Below are positions 5,304 to 5,652 of a stretch of DNA of 5,652 bases, piece after piece (position 1 is the first letter of the stretch; each line of letters opens with the position of its first letter). Made by a program: the position numbers and the translations under genes. This DNA is from a virus (lineage: Duplodnaviria > Heunggongvirae > Uroviricota > Caudoviricetes), in the IMG/VR virus record IMGVR_UViG_3300014512_000020, positions 1 to 5,652 of that record; one strand, 5' to 3'. The notes under the pieces are model-generated. The model was not told where the DNA came from, searched no databases, and saw only the letters and a program-made list of their open reading frames with translations.

Positions 5304-5557
5304 GTGATCGTGTTATTGAATGCGCCTCCAGAGCGGGGCGCGACTTCTCAGAGTTCATGAAAGGCGAGAAGGGCATGATGGAAGCATTGGCCTCGGTGGA
5401 TGAGTTTGGCGAGCAGCTGCGCCTCAACGGCTGTGTCAATCATCACTTTGTTAGCTACATGATGCGGAACTCGATCATGCAGGCATTCATGGACATGGCA
5501 AAAGCCGAGAGGAAAGAAGAGCGCCGGCGTAAGCGAGCGGAAGCAAAAGCGAAGTAG
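5300..5557 (+). CDS. Hypothetical protein, 85 aa, with a Lys/Arg/Glu-rich C-terminal tail (AKAERKEERRRKRAEAKAK); start overlaps the KilA-N stop (ATGA)
   Basis: The 4-nt ATGA start/stop overlap at 5300..5303 implies translational coupling to the upstream gene. No family recognised. Confidence 0.55.
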   Translation: MSDRVIECASRAGRDFSEFMKGEKGMMEALASVDEFGEQLRLNGCVNHHFVSYMMRNSIMQAFMDMAKAERKEERRRKRAEAKAK

Positions 5558-5597
5558 CCATTACAAAGCCTATCTACGGGTGGGCTTGATAATGGCT
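5556..5597. repeat. Nested inverted repeats overlapping the stop of the last ORF: outer arms agccatta / taatggct, inner arms aagcc / ggctt
   Basis: Read directly: outer arms 5556..5563 and 5590..5597, inner arms 5566..5570 and 5583..5587. No T-run follows, so it is not a canonical terminator. Confidence 0.35.
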
Positions 5598-5609
5598 TAT
5601 ACCCTACAC

Positions 5610-5635
5610 GGGATAACTTAACTGATATCCCTTTT
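5610..5635 (+). terminator. Weak terminator-like hairpin: gggata / tatccc with a 10-nt loop, followed by tttt
   Basis: Read directly; short stem and short T-run, hence low confidence. Confidence 0.3.
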
Positions 5636-5652
5636 AAAGGATAAAGGTATTC

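Noticed and set aside
1-5652. CRISPR arrays, tRNA or rRNA genes, IS elements or integrase, stx genes, and a cos site
   Set aside because: No regularly spaced direct repeats, no cloverleaf-like tRNA candidates noticed, no transposase-like ORFs or terminal inverted repeats, and no sequence resembling lambda cosN. stx, if present, would lie upstream of the window.

Overview
This window reads as the late/lysis region of a lambdoid, Stx-phage-like prophage from an Escherichia-type genome, with every supported gene on the + strand. In order: a prophage-type sialate O-acetylesterase (NanS-p-like, 24..1994); two small cargo ORFs (a 60-aa membrane protein and a strongly acidic 89-aa protein); a phage-21-type holin S with a dual-start motif, interrupted by a 46-nt run of N (2775..2820); an unrecognised 117-aa ORF sitting between holin and endolysin; a GH24 endolysin R with the E-8aa-D-5aa-T triad; a strong intrinsic-terminator hairpin and a small single-TM ORF translationally coupled to Rz; the spanin pair Rz with embedded Rz1; two tandem intrinsic terminators; and a KilA-N-like protein overlapping an 85-aa ORF. 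No rRNA, tRNA, CRISPR array, IS element or integrase was seen. Family assignments rest on recalled protein motifs and could not be confirmed by search. The candidates for something undescribed are the cargo ORFs inserted into and around the otherwise canonical lysis cassette; none has a function I can assign from sequence.
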